A stretch of DNA of 64,000 nt, from assembly GCA_964016885.1 (NCBI GenBank), contig OZ024741.1, positions 297,042,001-297,106,000 of the forward strand. Reading direction: 5' to 3'. Under the pieces are notes generated by a model, which was given only the letters and a program-made list of their open reading frames with translations, was not told the origin of the DNA and searched no databases. This DNA comes from Eledone cirrhosa. Its lineage: Eukaryota. This document shows positions 48,355 to 59,405 of the stretch, one piece after another. The position numbers and the translations under genes were made by a program. Every line of letters starts with the position of its first letter. Positions within the stretch are counted from its first letter, which is position 1.

Positions 48355-49080
48355 TGAAGGCACATGGCTTAGTGGTTAGAGCATTGGGCTTGCAATCGAA
48401 AGGTTGTGAGTTCAATTCTCGGACCGGGTGATGTGTTGTTTCCTTGAGCAAGACATTTTATTTCATATTGCTCCAGTTTTCTCAGCTGTAGAAATGAGAT
48501 GATAGCACTGGGTCCCTATCATGCCAGTGTAAAGTGGTCGTGGATGTGCCACGGAAAAAAGCACCCAGCACTCACTGTAAATGAGGTTGGTGTTAGGGAG
48601 GGCATCCAGCTGTAGAAATCAAGCCAGAATCGGTTCCTGTATGAGCAAGACAAGGTCAGCCGACCGGACACTGCCCGCAACAGGACAACCCGTCTAACCC
48701 ATGCTAGCGTGGAAGAACAGACGTAAAACGGTGATGATGATATATATATATCATCATCATTTCATTTTATGTCCGCTTTTTCCCTGCTTGCAAGGGTGGG
48801 ACGAGAACTGATGCTGGCTTGATTTCTACAGCTGGATGCCCTTCCTAACACCAACCTCATTTACAGTGAGTGCTGGCTGCTTTTTTGCCGTGGCACCTCC
48901 ACGACCACTTTGCAGTGGAATGATAGGGAACCCTGTCCCTATCATCTCATTTCTACAGCTGAGTAAACTGGAGCAATGTGAAATAAAGTGTCTTGCTCAA
49001 GGAAACAACACATCACCTGGTCTGAGAATTGAACTCACAACCTTTCGATTGCAAGGCCAATGCTCTAACCACTAAGCCAT
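48355..49080. mobile_element. Tail-to-tail inverted pair of CORE-like SINEs
   Basis: 48355-48741 (+) and 48751-49080 (-), separated by (TA)n; same family as 941-1256. Confidence 0.85.
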
Positions 49081-49127
49081 ATATATATAGTAATAATAAT
49101 TAATTTCAAGACTAAAATCCAAAGAGG

Positions 49128-51247
49128 GCTCGATAAGGATAAATATATATCAAATATATAAGAACCGTAGAGCAAATATTTATTAAAATAACAGATTAAA
49201 GTTTAAGCAAAGAATCGCTGCTTTCACCCTTAACGGGATCTTCTAAAACTAACAAAGCCAATCTGTAAACGCAGAACTGGATATTTCAAAAAACGTTGCA
49301 ACCGGAGGAAGACAGGAAGACGATACTTTGGTTCGTGGAAACGTTCGCTGGCTAAGAACGGGAAAAAACAAATATAATACATCATTAATAGGAGCGGTGA
49401 AAAACAATTACGCGCAAAGACAGAACCATGTTTATGGTATAAAAGAGGTCGTAGACTAATGTTCTCTTAGGTGGTGCATAGAGACGTTCTCTGGCAATGA
49501 ACGAAAAAAACGAAGATAATACGTCATATGTGGAGCGTGGAGAACAATAGCACGCAAAGACAAAACCATGTAAATGGTATAGCAGAAGTCGTAGACTAAA
49601 TTCTAACTAGGAGACCAAATGAATCTCCGTTACAGAGTTAAGAACAAAGTAAATAAATACAATACAGAAGTAATAGAAATAAATAAATACATACACGCAA
49701 ACAAAAACGTACATACACAAGCATACGCAAAAACTTACCATAGGTAAACAAAACCATGCACATAAATATGTGTGTGTGTGTAAGCGTGTATACAAATAAA
49801 TAAATAATTATATAAACGTATATAAATAAATACGTATATAACAAGCGCACACACATACCTACATGTAAATACACGAATGTTCGGAGACGTAAGTCAACCA
49901 AAACATGAAGTACACATATACACACGCCCTACATACGTACGAACCTGCATACTCACACAGACGCAAAACTCCCGTATACACATAGCCGAACCATATGTAC
50001 CAGAATATATAAAAAAATTATACGCCATAACAATCAAATATACGTACGAGAAGGTATACGTACCTTCACAAAACATACGGAAAATATATACTTACCTATG
50101 CAAATAAGTAAAGATATAAACAAAACATATACTAAGCTCACCCAATTTAAGTTACACTGGGAGATCCTAGCTAGGACTAGATCGTATAATGGAAATAAAA
50201 GACCATGTGACCTCTGCGCCGCTGAGCGTTATACCCTAATGGATAGTACGATCTATACATGGATATTTTACGTCTCGATGTGGGAGCTAAGTATATGTTT
50301 TGTTTATACCTTTACTTATTTGCATAGGTAAGTATATATTTTCCGTATGTTTTGTGAAGGTACGTATACCTTCTCGTACGTATATTTGATTGTTATGGCG
50401 TATAATTTTTTTATATATTCTGGTACATATGGTTCGGCTATGTGTATACGGGAGTTTTGCGTCTGTGTGAGTATGCAGGTTCGTACGTATGTAGGGCGTG
50501 TGTATATGTGTACTTCATGTTTTGGTTGACTTACGTCTCCGAACATTCGTGTATTTACATGTAGGTATGTGTGTGCGCTTGTTATATACGTATTTATTTA
50601 TATACGTTTATATAATTATTTATTTATTTGTATACACGCTTACACACACACACATATTTATGTGCATGGTTTTGTTTACCTATGGTAAGTTTTTGCGTAT
50701 GCTTGTGTATGTACGTTTTTGTTGGCGTGTATGTATTTATTTATTTCTATTACTTCTGTATTGTATTTATTTACTTTGTTCTTAACTCTGTAACGGAGAT
50801 TCATTTGGTCTCCTAGTTAGAATTTAGTCTACGACTTCTGCTATACCATTTACGTGGTTTTGTCTTTGCGTGCTATTGTTCTCCACGCTCCACATATGAC
50901 GTATTATCTTCGTTTTTTTCGTTCATTGCCAGAGAACGTCTCTATGCACCACCTAAGAGAACATTAGTCTACGACCTCTTTTATACCATAAACATGGTTC
51001 TGTCTTTGCGCGTAATTGTTTTTCACCGCTCCTATTAATGACGTATTATATTTGTTTTTTCCCGTTCTTAGCCAGCGAACGTTTCCACGAACCAAAGTAT
51101 TGTCTTCCTATCTTCCTCCTGTTGCAACGTTTTTTGAAATATCCAGTTCTGCGTTTACAGATTGACTTTGTTAGTTTCAGAAGATCCCGTTAAGGGTGAA
51201 AGCAGCGATTCTTTGCTTAAACTTTAATCTGTTATTTTAATAAATAT
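49128..51247. mobile_element. Penelope-like element (family 3): ~960-bp inverted arms around a GIY-YIG C-terminal remnant
   Basis: Arms 49176-50139 and 50284-51247; the spacer encodes LHWEILARTRSYNGNKRPCDLCAAERY, the W.IL...Y...CxLCxxE motif of PLE endonucleases. Confidence 0.85.
51173..51223 (+). ncRNA. Hammerhead-like motif with variant core (family 3); mirror copy at 49200-49250 (-)
   Basis: AGUUU-CAGAAGA-UCCC(GUUAA)GGGU-GAA-AGCA(..)UGCU-U/AAACU, followed by AATAAA. Confidence 0.65.
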
Positions 51248-51291
51248 ATATATATATATATGTATTTATTAAAATAACAGATTAAATAACA

Positions 51292-52367
51292 TAGATTTTA
51301 CATGTGGCCGGTGCTCTGGTGCAATAAGTAGCAGCAAGTGCCCACAAACTACTAGCTCTTTCAATTGCGCAGAGGGTTCTATAGAAATAGTGGACAGCTT
51401 CCGTTACCTGGGCGATAAAATCAGCAGTGGGGGAGGGTGCTCTGAAAGTACTGTAGCTAGAGTCAGAACTGGTTGGAAAAAGTTCAGAGAGCTTATACCA
51501 CTATTAGCTGCTAAAGGGTTCTCACTAAAAATGAAAGGCAGGTTGTACGATGCCTGCATACGAACAGCAATGCTGCATGGCAGTGAGACCTGGGCATTGT
51601 GTGCAGAGGATATACGCAGACTAGAGAGGAACGAAGCTTGCATGCTCCGCTGGATGTGTAACAGTAATATACGTGAACGGCAAAGCATAAACGAACTAAG
51701 GAATAAATTAGAGATAAGAGGGATCAGATGTTGTTTACTCGAGAGAAGGCTACGTTGGTATGGACACGTGATGCGCATGAAAGTCGATAGCTGTATAACA
51801 AAGTGCAGGGCAATAAAGATAGACGGTAGTCACGGAATAGGCAGACCTAGAAAAACCTGGGACGAGCTGATAAACTCCGACATCACACACTTACACCTCT
51901 CCAAGACAATGTCACTGGACCGAGACCTTTGGCGGTACTCAGTAACAGAGAAGACCCGCCTTACCTAAATATATAGTAAAACCTACTCCAGCCAGTAGGC
52001 ATCTCTAACAAAATACACCCCGTCCCACCACCCCCACCCCCACCCGATCCACACCACCCCGTTCTATGTAAAGTTATGTTGGTGCCGCGCCATCGAGGCC
52101 GAAACAAATGAGATCGTGTAGGTGTCACGACAAAAAAACACACAGTCCACGCTGTAATGTGGCCGTGTAGGCAACACGGTAAAAACCTCCCAGACCCACA
52201 CTGTAAATGTGGTTGGTGTTAGGAAGGGCATCCAACTGTAGAAAACCTGCCAGACAGTCCTATGCGAGCAAGACAATCACTCTTGCCTCAAGTGGGACTA
52301 CCCCCGTCCAAACCCATGCAAGCGTGGAACACGGACGTTAAACGTTGATGATGATGATGATGATGAT
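51292..52367 (+). mobile_element. 5'-truncated RTE LINE with an open 192-aa C-terminal frame
   Basis: FRYLGD, MLHGSETW, RRLRWYGHV, GRPRKTW; (GAT)n tail. Confidence 0.9.
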
Positions 52368-52457
52368 ATATGTACGTTATTCCGGGTTGAATCGGAGGTA
52401 ACCACAGTAAGTAAGGTACTCAATACATAGCAGAGTATAAAAGTTTAAATATAGATG

Positions 52458-52508
52458 AGATTCTACAGGACTAGAACTGTTTCATTCATTAGAAATCATC
52501 AGGAATCT
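52458..52508 (-). ncRNA. Type I hammerhead ribozyme motif (family 2), co-oriented with the USP8 pre-mRNA
   Basis: Reverse complement of 53144-53194. Confidence 0.78.
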
Positions 52509-53143
52509 GGGTATCAAAAAATGAAAATGGTATTTATAGGTCTCTACAAGTGGTAGGAGGGGGTGGGGAGTGGGATGGGTGTAGGTCATTGGGTGATAGA
52601 AAAGGGAATTCATTAAAAGCTAATTCTACAAAGCTATAGTTTATTTTTATTTATTTATGTTTTTAGAGTAACAAGGGCAGACAGAATTCTATAAACAGGT
52701 TCCGGATGGCATACCATTCCTTGTCATTAAGTTTCCCTTAAGCTAACAGATGTCTATAAGATCAGTGGGGGGTCAGTCATGGTCGATAGTATTAAAGAAA
52801 AGGGAGATTCTTTAAAAGCTAAAATCATTTTAGCTTTTAAAGAATCTCCCTTTTCTTTAATACTATCGACCATGACTGACCCCCCACTGATCTTATAGAC
52901 ATCTGTTAGCTTAAGGGAAACTTAATGACAAGGAATGGTATGCCATCCGGAACCTGTTTATAGAATTCTGTCTGCCCTTGTTACTCTAAAAACATAAATA
53001 AATAAAAATAAACTATAGCTTTGTAGAATTAGCTTTTAATGAATTCCCTTTTCTATCACCCAATGACCTACACCCATCCCACTCCCCACCCTCTCCTACC
53101 ACTTGTAGAGACCTATAAATACCATTTTTATTTTTTGATACCC

Positions 53144-53194
53144 AGATTCCTGATGATTTCTAATGAATGAAACAGTTCTAGTCCTGTAGAATCT
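53144..53194 (+). ncRNA. Type I hammerhead ribozyme motif (family 2)
   Basis: AGAUUC-CUGAUGA-UUUCUAAUGAAU-GAA-ACAG(UUCUAGUC)CUGU-A/GAAUCU. Confidence 0.8.
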
Positions 53195-53382
53195 CATCTA
53201 TATTAAAACTATATATATATATATATAAAATATTAAAAAAATAATGAATAAAACAATGAAACAGTTCCTTATATTAAACAAAAAAAGTTCATTATTTAAC
53301 GATCGTTTCTGGGATATATATGTGTTAGAATCTATCAAAATTAAATATACATACCATTTATCTACATACCATTTATCTACAT

Positions 53383-53416
<34 letters not shown>

Positions 53417-54944
53417 ATATATATATATAAATATCAAACAGAATTTTCTTTTTTTAAAGTGTTCCTCCATTTGGATGTACTTTGCCTTAGAGTACATTGC
53501 TCTATATTAAGGAAGTATGAGTGTACACTGTATCGTCCTCTTGGCTTCTCCAGTCTATGATTTTTAGGAGGAAATCTGTAACATACATTAGGCTAACATG
53601 CTCTGCTGGATGTGTAATGTTAGTGCGCATGAATGACAAGAGCACAGATGAGTTGAAAGAAAAACTGGGCATAAGAGGAATCTTAAAAGTTTCTCAAAAA
53701 TGTTTTGCAAACTTTTCTCAAAAATTATTTCACTGAAAATTTTCCTGATAGGTTTTTGTGGAGATAATTTTTAGAAAAAAATCTGAGGAAATTCCAGGGA
53801 AAATTTTGAGAGAATTCGGAGGAAAATTTTTGATCAATTTTATGCAGATTTTTTGGGAAAACTTTTGAAATTTTTAATTAACTTTTTTTAAATTTTGAGA
53901 AAAAAGTTTGAAAAAAGTTTAGAAACATTTTGGATAGAATTTCTGGTGGAACTTTTGGAAAATATTTTTGGGAATATTTCTGAGAAAATGTTGATTATAT
54001 TAGTACAGACACTTGATGTATATGGAAGATAGCTGTAGTAGAAGACCAAGGAAACCCTGATTGTAAAAGCTGATTTCAAGATGCTGAACCCCATAAGGGA
54101 GATGAGTCATCCATCCCATTCTAACATAGAAAAGTGGACATAAACATGATGATAATGATGGTGATATACATTCTCCAAAGAAATAACCAATGTAAAAGGA
54201 AGTTAGAATAGAAATATGCACTCACTTGACCTACTACAAATAGAAACCAAATATCCTTGAAAATGATGCATGCTATACTAACTAAGAAAAAATATAAAAT
54301 AGTATATAATGTGGTATGGGTAATGTGGTATGTGGTACTTAGTCCAGGTGTCAATCATTTCCTGATAAGAATGGGGTCTATCATTAAAACACTAACAAAA
54401 TCTCTTATGAGATGCATACTTGAAGAACACTAATTAAAGCTACATAAGTGAGTTGCAACATCATATCATCATCATTGTTATTACGTCCATTTTTCCATAT
54501 TTGGATTGGTTAGAGAAGTCTTCTCCATGACAGCATCTCTTTACTTATCTCTTTCCTACAGCATCTCCTTTGTGAGGTTTAACACCTTTAGATCAGCTTT
54601 CACCACCTCAGCCAAGTTTTCCTTGATTTTCCTCTTCCGTAACTTCCTTGTACTAGGAATTCCTGTCCTAATACTTTTTCACCCAATGATCATCATCCAT
54701 ATACATTACAAGTCCATACTAGTACAATCTTTTCTCCTACAAACAACATCTGATTAATCTTATATCCAGTTTTCCTCTCAGCTCATCTATACTTCTTTAT
54801 TCATGTACAATAACATTACACATCCAACAGAACATGTTCAATTCATTTCCTTCATTTTCTGCACACATGCATGTGCAGATGTGTGTATGATTGTGTAAAT
54901 ATCAAATGTTTTTAAAAAATATTTTAAGAGTTTAAGGTCCTTAC

Positions 54945-55101
54945 CTTGGTTTCGTGGATCGATCAACAATAGGTTTAGGTTTACATTTGCCATCATTTTC
55001 AATTAGCTGTGAAATGTCTGGAGATGAATGTGACCGTTTCAAGCCAGTGTTTGATAATTGTGAATCATCTTTCAACTTAACTTTGTAAATCACTTCTTTT
55101 G
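54945..55101 (-). CDS. USP8: USP8 exon with 14-3-3 motif (GLKRSHSSPDI) and SH3-binding motif (PIVDRSTKP)
   Basis: Equivalent to human RSYSSP and the Px(V/I)(D/N)RxxKP STAM-binding motif; cag/GTAAGG; phase 1-2. Confidence 0.93.
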
Positions 55102-56606
55102 CTGCAAACATAAATGAAATAATCAATCATGAGTAATTAAAATAATTTTTTTAAAGTGAAAAAAAAAATCTAAATTTCATACATTAAAAACAAATTTCCT
55201 CATCGAGGTTACAGAATGAAACATTGGAAATTTGCATAGAAAAGAGGATCTACGCATCACTAGAATGAAACTTCTCATGAACAGGTGGGTGTGAGTTACT
55301 TGAAGCTGATTGGGTACTGTGACTATCACGGTTTACACATGTCACCCAGCTTTCCCCAAAACATCCTAACCACTTTAATGCATTTCTCCCTCCTCATTTT
55401 AAATAAGATATCTGTAAAAGGCTGTGTAAATAGAGAACTTTGTTCATTTTACCATTATTGAAAATTGATTGGGAACTGTATTTTTCATAGCATGTTTTCT
55501 TTTCTTCAGTTTGACATTGAATTAATCCAGAATATGCAAAACAGAAGTTTTCACAGCAAAATACAAACTCAGACTTACATTCAAACTTCTTTGCCCACTT
55601 ATTCCTGAAAGGGTCATGGGAACAGAGACCTTAAACACGCCTCCCAGTGGGTTCAGCCAGAAGCAACCATCTCCAATTGATCTAGCTGGGTCCCCAAATG
55701 AGACCAGCCAAGCTCATTGATGTTATCCAATCACCTTGCTTGGGTCTACCCCTAGGTCTCCTGATAATTGGTTTTGCTCCTAAAATCTGTCCAGCAATTC
55801 TTTCCTGACAGTTGGTTTTGCTCCTAAAATTTGTCCAGCAATTCTTTCCCAAGATGTTTTAACATGTCCATAACATGTAATCTCTCAATTTGGAGAAGTA
55901 GCAGCTCTACTTGGAACGACTCTCTAATCTCTGAGCTATGCACTCTATCGAGTAACACTACTCAAAAGACCCTTCAGAGGAACACCATTTCAGCTGTTTG
56001 TATTCAGGATTGTATTAAAACTGATTATTTAATTATATTATTTGGAAAACTGTAAAAATTGTATCAGTTTGCCTTAAAAAATAAGGTTTCTCAAAACATC
56101 CTCAACACTTTTTAAAAGTAATGTCAACCTCAAAATTGTATTCAGAACATTTCAATTCGTCTTAAATTTGTCAAAAACTTTTTCAATTTCATCTGAAATT
56201 TATTAAACCCTTTCCTCACATACTTTTTCACCGTTATTTCAAATTTGTTGAATATATTTAGTTCTGACAAGGGATCCTCACTCAGTTTCAACAATGAACA
56301 CTCAGTTGTTTATTCAACTGGGCTTCTAACTCATAAATTAACATGGGATTGAATATTTTGCAGGCACATGTACCCCTAACGTACTGGGGTCAATTCTTCC
56401 TCTATATCTCTTTCTATCCTTCACTGAAAGAAATTTGGTGTATTCAAACCAGAAGGGGAGATGGGCTCCCCCATGTTTAAATAATGTCCTAGAAATGTTG
56501 TATGTCAATACAGCCCCCTACGAGTTCCTCGGGAGTTATGGGACCATACATGCATACATAAGAGGGAGTGTAAATGTGAAAAGTAGGAAAAATGAAGCAT
56601 ACAGAC

Positions 56607-56765
56607 CGTGAGTTTCTGATCCTTCTGGTAAAATTAATTGTGGAGGGTTCCATTGGTTTTTCCCTGATGGAGGATGGAAGTAGTAGTATCTATTTGTAAT
56701 ACTATCTAGGTGTTTCTCCCAGTTAACAGGCAATGTTGGTGATGGGATTAATTTTGATTTACCTT
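56607..56765 (-). CDS. USP8: USP8 WW-domain exon (LPVNWEKHLDSITNRYYYFHPPSGKNQWNPP)
   Basis: WW signature; ttttgcag acceptor, G|GTCTGT donor; phase 1-1. Confidence 0.88.
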
Positions 56766-56794
56766 CTGCAAAAATACAAATTTAGAAGCCTTCA

Positions 56795-57215
56795 ATGAAT
56801 GTCTTGCTAATGCTATTTCATGTGGTACAGGACATTAAATGTTAATGTGATGCAGTCATGGTGTTGTTTCATACGTTTCAAGAATGTCTTGCTAATGGTG
56901 TTTTATGTTGTACAGGACATTAAGTGTTAATGTGATGCAGTCATAATTGTTTCTACGTTAGGCACAAGGCCAGCAATTACCCAGTGCATTACTGGTACTT
57001 TATTTTATCGACCCCGTAAGGATGAAAGGCAAAGTCAACCTCGGCGGGATTTGAACTCAGATCGTAATGTTGTTTCGTACGTTTCAAGAATGTCTTGTTA
57101 ATGCTGTTTTATGTGGTACAGGACATTAAGTGTTAATGTGATGCAGTCATAGTGCTGTTTTGTACTTTTCAAGAATGTCTTATTAATGCTGTTTCATGTG
57201 GTACAGGCCATTAAA
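56795..57215. repeat. 85-bp tandem repeat interrupted by a Meta-like SINE (56948-57062)
   Basis: GAATGTCTTG..GTACAGGACATTAA..GATGCAGTCAT recurs at 56797, 56882, 57088 and (partial) 57173. Confidence 0.85.
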
Positions 57216-57276
57216 TGTTCAACAACAAAGTAAATTAAATATAAGTGGAAAATAAAAAAAATAAAGAAGAGCTTAC

Positions 57277-57577
57277 CTTTCATTCTTTTAACTTTTTCTT
57301 CGGCCTCCTTCAAGGCACGTTGTTCAATTGAAAGTTTTTCAGGGGTTTCATTATTATGATACTGACCATTAACTTTAGCTTTAAGTAGCACTGGAGAGCT
57401 GGAGTCATCTTCCTTTTTCTCTTTCTGGATTTGGTCAGTTTTTGCCTTCTCCACCTGGTACCGATCTTTCTTCATGGAATCGCTGAGAATCTCTTTGCTA
57501 TTTTTACTGGTAGGAGGCGGTGGTTTGCTTGGCAGTGGCTTGTTGTAAGCCAGATTGGTGTAAGAAGGACCATCAGT
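57277..57577 (-). CDS. USP8: USP8 charged/Pro-rich linker exon (TDGPSY...KPLPSKPPPP...EEKVKRMK)
   Basis: Open 301 nt, pyrimidine tract + AAG acceptor, G|GTAAGC donor; phase 0-1 fits both neighbours. Confidence 0.8.
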
Positions 57578-57689
57578 CTTGCAATGATGAAAGAAAAAGA
57601 AGCAAAGTCACAAAATATCTTGCAAGCAGCCAAATTTATTTTTTTACATTTTACATTGTTTCTGTATTTTTTAACCCTTTCATTACTAT

Positions 57690-57830
57690 GCGCCCACGAT
57701 TATTACTTTGTTGTGGTGGTATGGCTTGCATACTCCAATGATCCTAAGAGCTATGCTGGCGGGAGTTCATCTCTTGGGAGGGCCACCCACTCCAGGCAGG
57801 TTGAGGGCTAGGAGCCAGAATAAAATAATC
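57690..57830 (+). mobile_element. Isolated RTE 5'-end fragment
   Basis: TTGTGGTGG..GGCTTGC..CAATGATCCTAAGAGCTATGC..AGGGCCACCCA conserved RTE 5' motif. Confidence 0.65.
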
Positions 57831-58832
57831 TACCAATGTTGAAACACACAAGAACTTACTGGGCGGAAGAACTTACAAAGTCAATGGCCAGAGCCCCCAT
57901 TTCAGTAAAGCAACTACAGTAACATGTATAGGTGTGGTGTCCGTAGATGGAATATACAGCTAATGATAAATAATCATGACCCTTTCTCATATCAGATGCC
58001 TAAACTGCATAGTATTAGTAGCAGCAGTAGTAGTATTAGCAGCAGCAACAGCAGTACTAGTAGTAGTGGCAGCAGCAACAGTAGCAACAGCAGTAGTAGC
58101 AGGAGTAGTAGTAGTAGTAAGTTACATATTTTCTTTATATAGCACATCAGAGATTTGTTCCCTTTAGACTTTTGTCATATCCTCAAGTAATTCATGATAG
58201 TTGACAAATATTCATTTAGCACATTCAGCTAATTACACTTCAATTAGATGTGTTGTGAGTTTCTGAGAGTCTTATGTATGTGTGTGTACATGTATGCATG
58301 CATGTGTGTGAGTTGCATGTATGTCTCTATGTCATTATCATCATCGTTTTCACATCCGTTTTTCCATGCTTGCATGGGTTGGATGAGTCCTTCTCAGCAC
58401 GGCATCCCTCCACTCTCCACATTCCTTTGTCATCTACTCTGCGAAACTTACTTCTGCACAGGTCTTTCTTCGTTTTTCTCTACTGTGGCTTCCTTCCACT
58501 GGGATTTCCTGGCATTTCTTCACCCAGCAATCATTGTCCATGCACATCACATGTCCATACCAATGCAGTCATTTCTCCTGCACACTACCTCAGATTCCTC
58601 TTAATCCAAGCTTCTCCTTCAGCTCATCGAAGCTCTGCCTTTCTCTCACATTACATTGCACATCTAACAAAGCATATCTGCTTCATTTCTTTCCAGTCTA
58701 TGCATGTCCTCTGCAGCCACAGCCCATGTTTCATTAGCATCATGCTTCGCACATGTGTGAATGTATATATGATTGTGTATGGAAAAGCAACTTCAACATC
58801 ATCAAAACCGAGTAAAATAGAGATATATAAAC

Positions 58833-59405
58833 ATCATCATTATCATCACCACCGTTTAACATCCATTTTTCCATGTTAGCATAGGTTAGATGAGTTGTCC
58901 CATCGTGAGACAAGTCAGAGGTCAGGTGGTCGTGTCTTGCTAATACAGAACTGTTACTGGCTTGGTTTCTATGGTTAGATGTCCTTCCTAATGCCAACCA
59001 CATTTAATGTGGATTGGGTGCTTTTCCTCGTGACACCATAAAAACCACTTTATAGTGTAGACAGGGTGCTTTTTATTGTGACACTAACACAACCACAATA
59101 CAGTGTGGACTGATCTTTTTTTGTCATGTCACCAACACAACCATTTTATAGTGTGGACTGGCCCTTTTTTGTTATGAACCCAACACGACTACTTTAAAGG
59201 GTGGACTAGCCATTTTTATTGTGACACCAACGTGACCACTTTTAACAGGGTGGACTGGACGTTTTTTATTGTGACACCAACATGACCACTTTACAGGGTG
59301 AACTGGGCATGCTTTATTGTGTCACCAACATAATCATTTTACATAGTGGACTGGGAACTTTTTGTTGAGACATAAACATAACACTTTATAGTGTGGACTG
59401 AGTAC
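58833..59405 (-). repeat. RTE 3'UTR with an expanded ~41-bp tandem unit (about 9 copies)
   Basis: GACACCAAC..ACCACTTT..AGTGTGGACTG..TTTT repeats next to an RTE tail; similar expansion at 23160-23400. Confidence 0.75.

Larger units (their letters stand above)
52371..53207. mobile_element. Penelope-like element end (family 2) forming a palindrome with ~380-bp arms
   Basis: 52447-52825 versus 52827-53207 with few mismatches and a 1-nt apex; AT-repeat flanks. Confidence 0.75.

Noticed and set aside
49607-50816. Mirror-image hydrophobic ORF pairs
   Set aside because: Products of the low-complexity PLE inverted arms; only the 50140-50250 spacer has a real protein motif
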